The notes beneath the pieces are model-generated. The model worked only from the letters and a program-made list of their open reading frames with translations, did not search any database and was not told the DNA's origin. A stretch of 59,264 nucleotides of DNA, from positions 68,132,490 to 68,191,753 of the forward strand of contig NC_068982.1 in assembly GCF_001194135.2 (NCBI RefSeq), read 5' to 3'. Shown piece after piece: positions 1 to 14,214 of this stretch. This DNA comes from Octopus bimaculoides. Taxonomy: Eukaryota. Position 1 is the first letter of the stretch. Every line of letters begins with the position of its first letter. The position numbers and the translations under genes are program-made.

Positions 1-134
1 TCCTGCGCCTTATATATATATATATATATATATATATGTAGAGAGAGAGAGTTTGTATTTGCTTTGCAAGAAAGAGGAGGAGAGTGTCTTATTAGATCTA
101 CATTGTTGCAGTAGAAAGCAAGAGAATAAATGCC

Positions 135-395
135 AACATTCTGGCTTTAATGTTGTTGTTGCTGTATAACCCCGGGACCACTTTGGTCGAGAAGTCCTAT
201 GGTACTAGTATGCCTGCTAAACATCGCGACGCGGACCGTATACCCAGCTTACTATATGGAGCATTTATCGTTCGAGTGACATTCTGTGGCCATCCCCTCT
301 GTTTTTCCCCTGGTATGTTATATTCAGCATGAGGTTATATTTAACTACTCTGAAGACAGTAGCATATGAGGAAGATTTAGCTTGCTATTTCGTGA
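135..395 (-). mobile_element. Interspersed repeat with (CAA)n-like 3' tail, probable SINE
   Basis: tgttgttgttg tail on the + strand at about 150-160. The internal segment gaggaagatttagcttgctatttc recurs in reverse complement at about 36866-36886 and 39028-39050. Confidence 0.4.
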
Positions 396-1620
396 CTTCC
401 TTGCTAGCTCGTTCTAGCCGAATTTGTGTAGGTGGTGTTATGCAGCGTGTTGAAGTACTTTATTATTAATAGCAGTTTTCGAGGATAGTAAGTTATGTCT
501 GTTTGTATAAAGCTGTATCAAAATATATAACGAAGTAATTAAATTTCAGAAAGAGGGGAAAAAATAAATAATGGAATGAAGTAGGTCAAAACACATTTAC
601 TGGGGTCGGTGACTGATGGAGAGTAGAGTGAGTTGGGCGGACAAAGGTGAAGATGAATAAACTTGGAGGAAAGTAGAGAATTTGGTGTGTCTGTGTGTAT
701 ATAAAAACATGTGTTGATATGTGGAATATCAGTTTGTATCTGTGAGTGAGAGAAAGAATAGAAATCAGTAAAAAGAGAGGAAGGAAGAGAAATGTCACGT
801 TCCTTCGCACGAGCTCTGGTGCGCCAGCACTGCCTGACTACTGTAGCTGATGTACTTCGTTCAGACACTGGTGGCCGGATCACGTTTATAGATCGTAGCT
901 TGTCTCTCCAAACAGGACTCACGTTTCAAAAAGAGCAAAGCTGTAGATTTATAGTGCGTGAAATTTGATTGCGTAAGAGTGCACCCATCCATTTGTGTGT
1001 ACCCTATGTATGTGTGTTTGTAAGATAGAATTTTTTTATTTATAATTTTGTTAATCTAAAATATGTAACTTTATTAAACGAATGTTCATATTAAAAATAT
1101 CTTTTCAACTTGCTACATTCCGAATTTATACTCATACTACAAGATCTACATTTGTAACTAAACTGTACCACTTACAGATTTAAGATTAAATTTTCGTTAG
1201 ACGCAGTTGATTCAACGGAAGGAACACATAACTACAGTCCTAATAATAAAACAGTTTGTCCCGTGATATCAAAATACTGTCGTCACTAGCAATGACTTAA
1301 TTCTACAACGGGCTGGTCATGCTCATTTGAAAATTACCGAAATATTATGCAGTTCACAAGCATAAGCAACAGGAAGCTCTCTTTCTACATAATTTAATGC
1401 TCGGTTCTTACATCACTGTCACTCAGGCTTCCCCTACTCGCTCGTCTCTCCTCCTTTCGTCATCCACATTGTGTCTACTGTTACCCAAGCCCCTGCACTA
1501 ATAACTACGCCCAGTCTTTCCTTCCTTCCCAGTACGTTGACTTTTCAAATTTTTCCTGCAGCTGTAGATTTCCGACTGTTCAAGTGGAATATTAACAGTA
1601 TTTCCGTGACTGCCTGCATG

Positions 1621-1875
1621 GAAAGTGAGTAGACTAGTGGTTAGGGTGTTGCACTCACGATCACAAGATCGCGGTTTCGATTCCTGGACCTCGAAACCTC
1701 GGCTCCTTGTATTCTTGAGCAAAACACTTCATTTTACCGTTGCTCCATTGTACTCAGCTGTAAATGAGTTATCCTGCAACGGGCTGGTGTCCCATTCAAG
1801 GGGGAATGTTGTGATCTCGTTCCCTTATTCACCATGAAAACCGGGTAACCAACCCTATGAACCCTGGGACTCGAT
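1621..1875 (+). mobile_element. tRNA-derived SINE (family B)
   Basis: A-box-like TAGTGGTTAGG and B-box-like GGTTTCGATTCC, then the core ttcttgagcaaaacacttcatt...cactcagctg. Related copies at 42885, 54226-54484 and 55195-55520. Confidence 0.75.
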
Positions 1876-3526
1876 TCATTAATGTCCAGGTGTTGTTGTT
1901 GATGATGATGATGATCGATCTGCGAACAACGATGGGGCATAGCTTCAGATCAAATATATATAGATATAATTCTTATGAGGTTGAATGAGATGACAGGAAA
2001 CTACTTGTTTTTAAACTTTTTTGTTGTTGTTGTCAATACAACTCCTCTAATCATCAGAATAAACTAAATATTTTGGCATAACTACAGATTAGTACCCCTT
2101 CCCCTCTTCTCGATTATGTTTCTTTGTAACTTTTTAAAAAAATAAAATTTCGCAGATATATTTCCCTTAGTGCAGATTATATTGAAAAAAATTTGTTTTT
2201 AGGAGTTTCGGACTTTTCTCCTCCACCCCCGGCTCTTGAGAGTAAAAAATTAAAACAAAATTGTTTTTAATTGAATTTTATCAACATAATTGTAATCCAC
2301 ACCATCGAAAAAATGCTTCTGCAAAGTTTCATTTAAAAATGTACATTTTTAAGAAAGGTATGGGGTAATAAATTTGGCAAGAGCAGAGGCGGGGTACAAA
2401 ACTAGTTTTACCAATTCTTTTTTACGTTTTCTTTGAAATCAGAAACTGGTTAAAGTTACAGTATTTACAGCTGTTTTTTTACTTTTTTGATATAAATAAA
2501 TTTCGTTTGCATTTGAGTTGTGTAAATAGAGATATATTTTCTTTGCTGTTTTAATTACATTTTCATCCTTAATAAATTGAAACAACAGTATTTTAAATTT
2601 TCAAAAAGCCAAATGTAAGGCTTTCATTATATGTATTACATACACACTTTATTTTGAATACATTCTCAGTTCGAATCCCACTGAGCCCAACTTTTCTTCA
2701 TTCTTTCAAGGTTCATTAAATAAAGTATCACTCAACTAGCCGAGTACTAGAACAATAAATGGAGTGGGAGTGAATGACAGAGACACTAAATGCAAGCAAA
2801 CTGTTGTGAACTCTGAAGTATTTTAATCAAAATGAAACTAAATTTTCATCATAAATTGTATTTATCAATTTCATACACACAAATGCACACATAGGTACAT
2901 ATCTTAAAATATAACGCTGTGTTTCATGTTGGTCAAGCTGGTGGAAGGAAAATAAAGTGACAAAGGGAGTGGAGTAAGTGGTAGAAATGGGAAGTATAAA
3001 AATATATAGTGAATGAGAGAGCAGCATATCACCTGCTGGAGCAGCAGGTATTTTGATAAAAATAAACTGCAAATTTTTGTCATTTCCAAATAAATAAACA
3101 AAAATTTGAAAGCAAAATACACCAAGTGATAGTGGAAGTTCACACACACACACATGCATAGACACACAGATGATGTATCTTCTGGTTGCATCAAACAATG
3201 GAAAATGAGAGGTACAGAATAAAATCGTTGTCGTAATAGTTTATATGTGATCACTTATTTATTTTAATAAATTTGGTAATTGTTTAATAAAATAAATTAA
3301 AAATAAACAGGAAAAATGACCACCATTTAAAGGCTACATCACTTGATTCAATGAAATGAGCAGACAACATTCAAATAGATCAGATGACGGTCAACCGCAG
3401 TATAAAAACGTCATTTGTTGTAGAAAAATATTGTTTCAAGTAGAAGACAATACTTAAATATATAAAACTTTTATATATTCAATTTCACACACACATTATA
3501 TATATGCATGTACACATGTAGGTATG

Positions 3527-3604
<78 letters not shown>

Positions 3605-4130
3605 TGTAGGTATATATATGCATATATATATATGCATGTAGGTACATATATGTATATATATGCATATATATATATATTATATATATTATATATATAGGTT
3701 AGTAGGTTGACGTCATGCACCAGTTGCAAGTGAGTAGTGTCATTGTCATGCAAGAGATGTTCTTTGTTTCCAATCTTCCACATAATTATGTCTGGGCATG
3801 GTGAAATATTACCTTACATAAAACAGGTGATGGTTGGTGACAGGAATGACATCCTGCTATACAAAATCTGTCTGATCTATGGGAGCATGGAAAAGCATAT
3901 ATTTCATACATATATATATATATATTTTACACCACCAATGATATTTCTAACCAAGACATTACAACTGTATCTGATTGTTCAAGTGCTTCAATTCTGTGAA
4001 TGTACAGATATTTACTCAATTGCTAACATTTATCAATGGTTTCTTCCATTGTGCTGATGTGCCGTTTTATATCATGAATGAAAGTGTTGGCATTTTTTAT
4101 GGCATGTGTATGCTAGTAAATATGTGTCTG

Positions 4131-4161
<31 letters not shown>

Positions 4162-4205
4162 GAATGGTGATGTAAACAGGAAAAATAGAACTCAAAATAT
4201 GAGTA

Positions 4206-4411
4206 CAGTAATCCTTCACCCTATCGTGGTTTATCATTGAAGCTTACATCAATTCCTCCATGGTGTTGTTTTGCATTTATAATAAAATAAATATATACAA
4301 ATGAAAATAATGATAAAAAATATACAATACAGTACTGTTTCTACTTTGCGGATTTTCACCTATCGCAGAGGATTTTGGAATATAACACCTACGATAGTCA
4401 AGGGATTACTG
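4206..4411. mobile_element. Tigger/pogo-like MITE (Tc1/mariner superfamily)
   Basis: TA|cagtaatccttcaccctatcg ... cgatagtcaagggattactg|TA: imperfect TIRs of about 21 bp with TA target duplication. Confidence 0.75.
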
Positions 4412-4543
4412 TATATGTATGTTTTTATTAATATCTAGCAGAATCAAGAGAGAGACTCAAAGGCCATGAGTTTTGTATATTAGTATAAAATAAGTGCCAA
4501 CACACAAGCCTTTGAGTCATTCCATTGCTTCTGATATATAATA

Positions 4544-4602
<59 letters not shown>

Positions 4603-5546
4603 GGGAAACTACTCCCATGGCTATTCCTTCGAATTCTGATTGGAAGAAAGTGTGAAAGAACCCTTTCTTCACCCTTAAGTATTGAAACTAAAGTAAAATG
4701 TTCCTAAAGCTGTTGAGTAATAAAATGCATTCACAACAAAATATATTTTACTTTTTTTCAGTTTTACTGTCTTTGTTAGGAGTTAATTTTTTCTACTCCT
4801 TTATATTTTGTAATCACAAATAGCTGTTAAAATTGCAATAAAGGACACACAATTTTTTTGAATAATTTTTGTGATATAATTCTAGTAATTTCTTAGGCTA
4901 TATGATTATTCTTTGTGAAAATTAGCTGGAGTAAGAGAAGATAAACACATAAATTGTATGAAATGAATTAGACTTAGATTAACTCTGGATTTAGCTAGGC
5001 TGATTGGTTTAATAGCTTGTCTCTTCAGTAACACAAATCTGTTTTGTAAGGTTTATAGGTTAATAGATTTGATCTCATGTTTCCAGATAACAGTGATGAG
5101 TTATGCTAACTAGTTCAGTGCAAGTTCAGATGAGACCAACTCTGTATTTAATTTCTTATTACCTTTCAAAATCATTGGCCTCTGTCATTGAATTCTATAA
5201 ACTCAATAGCAGAAGTGTTGTTTATATTTGTCCCAGGGCTGTCTTTTCTGTGAGCAGCATTGTATTTTTGTTTTTGCTGCAACATCATATCACAGTGGGT
5301 GGAAGTATCTCAATGACATTTTTGGGAAACTGCTGATTAGATGTGTTATACCCTCCACAGAAGAGTAACACACTTGACATTTGTTGTTGCATCTTTGGAG
5401 TGCTTCACCATCCTATTTGTTCATAAGACATTTCATAGCTATCTCCTGCTCTTAAATTGCAAAAGTATAGTCTTTATGGTGTGACATAAAGTAACAGTCA
5501 TGAGTCCAAGAGAGGCCACATTTCATGTTAATCTTAGCATCCTCCT

Positions 5547-5965
5547 AAGTTGGCAAGCTCACAGAATCGTTAGCAAAATGAACAAAATGCTTAACAGCAT
5601 TTCATCCGTCTTTAACGTTCTCAGTTCAATTTCCTCTGAGGTTGACTTTGCCTTTCATCCTTTCAGGGTTGATAATCTCAGCTAAGCACTGGGGTTGACT
5701 TAATCAACTAACCTTCTCCCGTAAAACTGCTGGCCTTGTGCCAAACTTTGAAACCAATATTAGCATCCTTCTAAGCCAGCAAGCTGACAGAATTGTTAGC
5801 ATGATGGGTGAAATGCTTAGTGGCATTTCATTCATCTTTATGTTCTGAGTTCAAATTCCACCAGGGTGGCCTCACCAATCATCCTTTCAGGATGGATAAA
5901 ATAAGTACCACTTACCCACTGTCCCAAAATTACTGGCCTTGTGCCAAAACTTGAAATTAATATTA
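5547..5965 (+). mobile_element. Two head-to-tail copies of SINE family A
   Basis: Two successive units containing gctgacagaat...aaatgcttag...ttctgagttcaaattcc...gactttgcctttcatcctttc...ggccttgtgccaaa. Confidence 0.75.
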
Positions 5966-5989
5966 GCATCTTCTTCAAGTTTACAGAAT

Positions 5990-6650
5990 TTACGTGAAAA
6001 CCCTTTTTGTGGTATGTAGTGTTTCTCTTGTAGTTCTTTGCTGAGATATACTAGTTTTGCAATTCTGGTTTCATAGATAAGGTCATCAGGAAGTGAATGT
6101 TTCTAGAAGAATTCACTATCAGCCTGCAGGATGATATTCCCATTATTTTTGAACACTTGGTTGATGTGTTTAGGTTTGCAACCATTGCTTAACAGGTGCT
6201 AAGTAATATTATATAACAATCGAAGGCTGTCTGTACTGATCTAAAGCTTCTGCTTTTCTTCTGAGACAGAGTCTGCCAATTCACTGTTTCCTTGGAAATT
6301 TGCAGTTAATATCAGAATCTTGCAGGTTTCAATATCTATGGAGTGGATTTCCTCTGTAGACTAGTTGAGTATCTCAAATGCTGACATTAGTACAGGTAAT
6401 GCAAATGTGAGATGAAAGCTTTGCCATATATTTTTCAGTCTAGTATGATATTCTCTACTCTGTCTTTGTTTACAGTGCCTTTATATAATATATGTTCATC
6501 AATACCTAGGTATTTGTAGCACTCTTGTCGAACAGCGAAAACAGTGAGACCATTAATGCAAAGATTTTAGGTTTGAGGAATGGTTTTACCATGTTCAGTT
6601 GTTGAATGTGAACGTTTCTTTGGGCCAAACTATATCCCCTATATCATCAG
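5990..6650 (-). mobile_element. Degenerate R4/Dong-like (RLE-type) LINE fragment, region after the RT catalytic motif
   Basis: Minus-strand translation with stops reads LNLITMFSDDIGI*FG...LCINGLTV...YKYLGIDE, homologous to the fragment at 37.5-38.9 kb. Confidence 0.55.
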
Positions 6651-6974
6651 AAAACATTGTGATTAAATTCAGTTGCTTTTTAGCATTGTAAATATTTCAA
6701 GTATGTATATCTAGATCAATCATCCACAAAGAAATTATGTTTAACCTTGAAGAATTTGTATTGGAATGATTCAACCCCAGTTCTTAATTCTGTTAAGCTT
6801 GGTACTTATTTTATCGATTCTTATTGCTGAACCTCTAAGTTACAGAGATGTAAACACACCAACAAGCGGTAGTGGGGGTTACAGACAGACACAAATCTAC
6901 CAAATCCACTCACAAAGCTCTGGTTGGCCCAAAGCTATTGTAGAAGACACTTGCGCGCACACACACACATAAGC

Positions 6975-7110
6975 CAAAACAGACTATGGAACCTGGTGCA
7001 GCCCCTGGTTTTGCCAATTTCTGTCAAGCCGTCAAACCCTTGCCAGCATAGAAAACAGACGTTAAATGTTGATGATCATGATAATGATGATGATGATGAT
7101 GATGATGATG
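6975..7110 (+). mobile_element. 3' tail of RTE LINE / RTE-dependent SINE ending in (GAT)n
   Basis: ggaacctggtgcagcc...ccgtcaaacccttgccagcatagaaaacagacgttaaatg followed by (gat)n. Same tail as the RTE at 53085-53303. Confidence 0.65.
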
Positions 7111-7288
7111 TGTGTGTGTGTATCATAAAATTCATTTTGACTTATTAAAATTGCTTTAAAATGATAGATAGATAGATAGATAGATAGATGTGGATATGTG
7201 TTTGAGAACGCGGGGAGGAGAAAGAATGTGCGTGTGTGTATGCGAATTGTTTCAGTTGCTAACTCCCACCCACATAAAAGTATGGATT

Positions 7289-7765
7289 CACGTGTCAAAT
7301 GAATGAGAGAGTGAGAGAGAGAGTTAAATAGCAATAAAGGCACATGTACGGTAAACACATGTATGTAGGTTATACAACCACACATGCAAATTAATTCCCC
7401 CCCCCTCTCTTTCTCTCTCGCTCTCTTTCTGATACACACACATGCAGAAAAATAACAACTCTTATCTGCAATGATTCTCTAAACCCGTGTTTTTCTGATA
7501 GTCATTTTTATTCGTCGTCGTCGTCGACATTTTACTGGCCTTTCAGTCGCAAGCAAGCAAGTTATGTATTTGCGAATGTCATAACGCATAAATGCAGAGA
7601 GAAAGTGTGGGGAGAGAGAGAGACGGTAAGATAGTTAGAGAGATAGAAAGGGAAAAATAGATAGGTGAGCGGGAGACAGCCAGACAGATAGAGAGGAGAA
7701 GCAAGAGATAGCTAACGAGTGGTAGAGGGCAATGTACTTTGGCACGTGAGTATATTTGACACGTG
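7289..7765 (+). promoter_or_regulatory. Candidate promoter / non-coding first exon region of the HR4-like gene
   Basis: Non-repeat, relatively CpG-retaining island with three CACGTG E-boxes (7289, 7743, 7760) and an Inr-like TCAGTC (7543-7548). Donor-like ACG|gtaaga at 7626 and TAG|gtgagc at 7665. The acceptor directly before the ATG at 16257 implies an upstream exon. Confidence 0.3.
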
Positions 7766-10699
7766 TTCTCAATTACACAGTTTTATATCTTGAGTGAAAT
7801 TCTCCACCTCACTTAATCAATTCAATGCTCACTCAACAACTAACTCGCACTCTTTCTCACACTACTCGCGCTCTCTCATTATTTACTCTGTTTTTTCCTC
7901 ACCCCTCCCCCCTCGTTAATCTCTTTATTTGTTTTCATTCTTTTCCTCTCTTCCTCTCCTTTTCTATTGTCCTTTTCTCTTTTACTTTATTATTTCAAGA
8001 AAACGCTTAATTTGCTTTATTTATTTATTTTTTAACAATTTCTTGTTTATTTATTCCTTGTAGAAATTACAACGTAACATTTTAACTCCTCCACACATAT
8101 TTTTTTGTTTCGCAAAAAAAAACAAAAACAAAAAAGGAAAGAATACTTTCTTTTCCTTGCAGATATTTTTTTTTCTTTCGCTTCAACTACAGCTATCTAT
8201 CTGATTATTGTTATTAATTTACCTAATAACATCACTGCATACTCATTACTCATGTTTAACAAAACTAAAACTAACAGTCCCTCTACAAATGTTAACTTCG
8301 CACATCAGACACCCTATTGCCAAGGGTACAGGACTAAAAAATATATATACGTCCAACACATCAGAAAGATTGTATTATGACATTAATTTCATTTTGCGCT
8401 GGAATACACTACTCATACAACTGGAACGTTATTCTCACTCCAAACATTCTGGACTACATCCAACAGAAAGAAAATATAAGGTCATTATCCATCCACTTGA
8501 TAGATAAATCTCCAATTACCAACTTTGGATCTACTCCCCAACTTTCTCACCTACGTATTCCTCTCTCTCTCTCTCTCTCTCTATCAAGTTCTCTGCTCCT
8601 TTAAACTCACTCACAGTGTCGCTTCGCTCCCTTTCTCTTGTCTATTTCTTGAAACCTTCTTCGCCTCACATTTGTCATGGGTAACCTGCAACCCGCGACT
8701 AACGAAAACTTGCTTTCACTTTTTTTCAGTGGTGCAGGCCACTTTGAAGATGAGCCCATGTCTCATGCGACACACTTCTCGAGCAAAAATTGCCCTTGTT
8801 TGCCCTGCACAGCTCTTATTCATTCCTCCTCCTTCATTTTTCTGTCAACCATTGACATTCAGAAGCTCGTTCTGATCTATAACTGCCTTTATTTACCCCA
8901 TTATCCAAGAAGATCAGGAAAAAATATATGTGCACTGCCCTTGCATCAAATCAGTACTACTTAAATTTTTTTAACTATCATGCTCTTTCCATTTCTTTTA
9001 CAACACGCTCTTTACTATGATTCAGCAAAATTAAATATACCAGAAAAATGGAAGCCAATAGGTTGATCACCATTTATAGACTACTGGCACAGAAGTCATT
9101 TCATCACTATAATATGGAATGTCAAAATATTACGACCACTGATATTATCTTTTATCTTTTAGATGTTTCAGTCATTGAACTGCAGTTTAGATAATACAAA
9201 AAAAAATTAATTCGACACCATTACTTATTTTTTAATGTCTGGTACTTATCGCATCAGTCTTTTTTGCTGAATGCTAAGTTACGGGTTCATAAAGAACCCA
9301 ACAGTGATGGTGGTGGAGGACAAACACATAAAGACACGTACATATACACATACATTTTCAATCATTGGTCGACTGAACATGGTTGTGGGACTGAACATGG
9401 TTGTGAAGAGAGCTTCTTAACCACACAGCCATGCCTGCACCTCTATTAGCAGAATAAAAGCCAAAAATACTTTTTAAAAAGTATGGCAATTAAAAGATGC
9501 ATCTATCACCCAGCCCTTTTTGACTCCAGTCCCTATATAAAATCTTCCAGTTCTCAGACGGAGGTGAAGCTGTTCCACTCGCTTTGGGTTGAAAAGCACT
9601 GCTCTAAATCATAAAAATATTTTTGAATGTATTTACAATGAAATGTGTTATGTCCAAATTCACATTTCACAAGAATTGAAGATAAACTTATCTGGTATTT
9701 CCTACCTTATCTTTCTAACCCTTCAGGACAGTTGAACTTAACAATTTTTTTTTTGTCTGGATTCTGCATGCAGCAATTGGTTTATTGGTTAAATAAAATA
9801 TCACTACCTCATGTTAGTCATACATAAATAAATATGTATCATTTAAAGTGATTCTGTTTGGCATTCCTCTGAAGTCACTTCCTTCTGTGAGTAAACAGTA
9901 CTGAGGCCACCCACACACAGATATTAGCCATACCTTCATAGCTTACAATTCTTGTCTAATTCTTGCTTATGTTACATCTAAATCAAAATATGTTACATTG
10001 AAATCAAATTTGACGGATGAAAATAAAGAAGTCTGAGTAAAAATTCTAGTATCCTAGAGTCACTTTGTTTTTATCATTCAACCCCCTTGTCATGACTTCC
10101 AATTCTTTCACCTTCCAAAATCATCATTATTTTATGCACACTTTCCATACTGGCATTGGTTGGACTAATCTATGCTGCTCTCCTAGATGGGTCAGGGGAC
10201 CACAGTTCACTCATGTCATTTTTGGTTAGGTTTCAATGGTTGTATGACCATCCTAACACTGGCTACTTCACACAGTGTACTGGATGCATTTTTTTCCTGG
10301 ATCCAGTACAAGAGATGCTTTTACATATTCAAGACTTTAGGGGTCTCCCAACACTACACATAAAAGAGTGTACTGAGTGCAGTTTATTGTATAAACAGCA
10401 CTACAAAGTATTTATATTTAACTATCCTCACTCCCAATAATGGATAGCAATAAGCCTTGTATATGGCTGAAGCCATGATTCTTAACAGGATATTTCAGAG
10501 TACTTAAGAATCTCTGGAGTTATAAACAAAATGCCTTGACTCATTTCGTTATGTTAGTTTATGCTTCCAGTTGAAATTTCTCTGAAATAAAAATGGCTTT
10601 TTATTCTTCCAGAGAGATTTCATTGCAGTAGTTTTACCCTTTCCTCACACCTTAATCTGATTTTCACATACAAACCATTTCTTGGTTTTGTGTCCAGTG

Positions 10700-10905
10700 A
10701 GTTTGCTGGCAGAATCATTCACGTGTTGAACAAAATACCTGGCAGTATTTCTTTTGGGTCTTTACATTCCAATTTCAAATCCCACCAAGGATAATTTCAC
10801 CCTTCATCCTTTTCAGGTTGATATAGTACCAATCTAGTACAACTAAACTCCTCCTGTTAAACTCTTCCTCTTAAAACTTCTAGTCTCATGCCTAAATTTG
10901 AAACA
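10700..10905 (+). mobile_element. SINE family A copy (diverged)
   Basis: gagtttgctggcagaatc...ttcaaatcccaccaagg...ccttcatccttttcaggttgat...ctcatgcctaaatttgaaac. Confidence 0.6.
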
Positions 10906-13485
10906 CTTGTTAAATTTTGGGATCTGTTTCATTCTTCTTGGTTCTTGGTTCAAACTTCACCTCAATCAACTCAGCTATTTATCTACCTTAGGTTGATTCA
11001 ATTGAATATACATTTCTCTCTTCTGAAAATTGGAGCTGTAGCTCAGAAATGATTATTTTATTTAGGATTTGTTTTCTTTTAATCCTGTTATTAATTTGTA
11101 TTTTTTTTACCCTGTTATTAATTTCTCAGTTAATTTAACGCTTTCATTCTTTTTCTTTTCCTCTCTTTCATATGAACCTGATACTTCTCTTATGCTCTGA
11201 TGTCAACAGTTTTGTGAGAAAAATTGTGAAATTCTAACTTATTCTACTTAACAACCTACAAATGTAAGTTAAAATCTTCCTTGTTTTTTTTTCTAATTCC
11301 TTTTCTTTGTTTTATTTTACTCAATAACCTTGATCTCATTTGAAATTGCACCAGTAATCTAAATAACTATAATTAATCTTTTAATCTACATCTCCCTTGT
11401 TGAACTTAATCCAACAAATACTACATCCTAATTTATCTTTTTAAAATGTAGCATCACTTTTCAACCTTATTGAAAATAACATATGAGTTTGCATAACAAC
11501 CTTTTACAGTGTCTCAGACAATGTTTCTCTATTTGTTGGGGCAGTTATTATCTGTCGACAAAAGAGTATTGTGCCTATGGCCAAGACACTCATGTTTCTA
11601 TAGCTCACTCTAAGTAGCTCTATGTATCCACTAGGTCACTGAGAAGAGAATCTGTTCTAGTGGATCAATGTGCATACAAAATAAATGTTACGTAGATGAT
11701 ACATATTATGCTAGGATAGGAGTATAATAACATGTATTTTTAGGTCCAGTAGAAATTCGTGATTTGCAACCTCTGTTCATAGTAGTGAATTCTCTTCAAC
11801 AACAGTTTTCAGGTTTGTATAAAAAATTGGAAGTGTAACAGTTAGAGGGGAATAGCTTGAATATGCTCCAGTTGATGTCTAATATTTACCTAGAAGAAAC
11901 ACTTTGCTATAAACTTGAACTATTAAATGATCTGTTGTTTCACGAACTGAATAAATAGTATAATGTTTCATTGATATAAACTTAGATATTCAAAAAAAAA
12001 ACAAAGAAGGGAAGAAAAAATTTCATGAACAGGAAATAAAATACATATTACTTGATTGATTGATTGCTTGATTGATTGATTGCTTGATAGATAGAAATGA
12101 TATGATGCATAATATGATACAATATGATACTTATGTATATGTAACATGTATATGCTTCTGTGCCTGGGTGCTGTACCAAAGAATTGGGCCCCACTCTAAC
12201 AGATCATCACCATCATCATTATGATTTACCATGCTGGCATGGATTGGAATAATCACATCCTCAACAGCCGCACAGCTACCAACTTGATGTACTTTCACAA
12301 ATGCAAAACAGCTAAAAAGATCCTAAGGAGAATAATTGGGGGATTCAGTCTTCAGTATGTGTCTGTGGTATGGCACAGTATATAGCTACAGGCTGTTAAG
12401 GGAAATTAATTGGATGGCTCACTGTTTCTTTAAAGTCTAAAACAAAGTCTGTAGATGTGTAAGCAGATTCATCTCCATGCAACCGTTTGTTTAATAATTT
12501 CTTCATTGATTGTCTTAACAGCCTAACAAACTTTATTTTTAAAGGGGTGGTAAAAGTATTGCTCTTTCACAGAGCTATTTGCAATTGTGGTAGTTATGTT
12601 GGACGTTGGGAAAGACTGATAACATCACTTCACTAATAACAACCATAAATATGTCCCCATTTTGATCAGGTACAGCAAACTTTTTTCCAGGCTCCAAAAG
12701 TCTTGTAACAAAATCAGCTGAGTGTTGGTCTTTGTTAAGGTAAGCTCTCATCTTTTTTTTTTGTTTCAGTTTATGTTTCTGAATTGATCAGCTTCTTGTC
12801 TTCTTCGGAATAACTAGAAGCATGTAACAAAAGTCACCTGCTAAAGTGACTGTTACTTCATTGAAAGAAATTCTTCTGATGAAAAATATCTGACAGTTTG
12901 ATACAAAACCTCAGAAGAAACTTTAAGGGACACAGTGCATTTGTCCCCAATTATCATCTAACACTTTTACACTTCTACTGCTCCTGTTCTTTACTAATGT
13001 TACAGGTTACTGAGTCATCAATAGTGAGATTCAATGACAGTTTGAATGCACTGTGATCTGTTTTGCCCTCTGGCAATATAGTGTCTGCAACACCTGAAGA
13101 TTCGACGGCTATGGTAATTTCTCTCATGTTTCATTACTTCAGCCAGCTGTAGGTTTATCAATGAGATCATTCCTGTTACTCCAGATGCACCAAAAGGAAA
13201 GGATATTATCCACTCACACACACATATTGTGCCTCTCTACTATCACTCTATTTCCCCCATTATGCTGTTTGTGTAACAAAGATTGTTATCCCATTAGATT
13301 TGTCTCTACTCATCTATCATCCATCTTTATTCCCTCCCCTATCACTCATTCGTGACATCCATCTCTCTTTCTTTCACATGCATATNNNNNNNNNNNNNNN
13401 NNNNNNNNNNNNNNNNNNNNNNNNNNNNNNNNNNNNNNNNNNNNNNNNNNNNNNNNNNNNNNNNNNNNNNNNNNNNNNNNNNNNN

Positions 13486-13518
<33 letters not shown>

Positions 13519-14095
13519 TATACGTATATATACATGCATTTATATACATGCATATATATATACATGCATATATTTATACATGCATATATTTATACATATA
13601 TATATATATATATATGGATGAACAGATGGATGAGCTGTTTCTTTTTTCAATTATTGGAGCACATATTTCCATCTTCATAGATTCAAATGTGCAGTGTAAT
13701 ATGTATTATTATTAAAGTTTACTGAATGTATTTCATATGAAACAATTTAACTTAGTTTCTGTATGATAATTTCATCTCTCTGTTCATTGAATATCATGTC
13801 TGTGTTATACTGGCAGTGCTGGGTTAAAATTTCCTTAATTGCATGTGACTTTCAACAATTCCATTGAAAAATGACCTAAATGCCACAGTCAACAAGTAGA
13901 CTGTTGCAATGAACTTATCGTACTCTTACAGCCAATCAGATTTGATGATGATAATAATAGCAATTTTAGAAATTGAATTAACCATTCAAACAACTTGACA
14001 CTGGAATGTTTTTGTATGTGTGTGGTTTGTGTGGAATGTGTTTATATGTATTATTGTTATTTAATGTCTACTTTCCATGGGTTGGACTACTGGTG

Positions 14096-14182
<87 letters not shown>

Positions 14183-14214
14183 ATATATATTTATATATGT
14201 ATATATATTTATAG

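Noticed and set aside
780-960. CpG-rich segment with ORF 539-922(-) and a minus-strand GTGAGT donor near 922
   Set aside because: No recognisable protein similarity and no partner exon within the window. It could belong to a neighbouring gene but cannot be supported here.
1621-1700. tRNA genes at SINE heads (also 39652, about 44960-45030, 54400-54484)
   Set aside because: A/B boxes are present, but there is no complete cloverleaf or acceptor stem and they run straight into shared SINE cores.
2090-2400. Possible MITE bounded by gtacccc/ggggtac
   Set aside because: The inverted match is short and internal, with no clear TSD.
3370-3420. cagatga-cggtcaaccg-...aaaacgtc as a hammerhead
   Set aside because: Both core strands are mutated and extra nucleotides separate stem II from the GAAA position. 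Too degenerate to support.
8208-8964. Cluster of 75-116 aa + strand ORFs
   Set aside because: No recognisable domain. Part of the sequence (cattctggactacatc...aaggtcatt plus a (CT)n tract) recurs at about 43660-43810, indicating a repeat rather than a gene.
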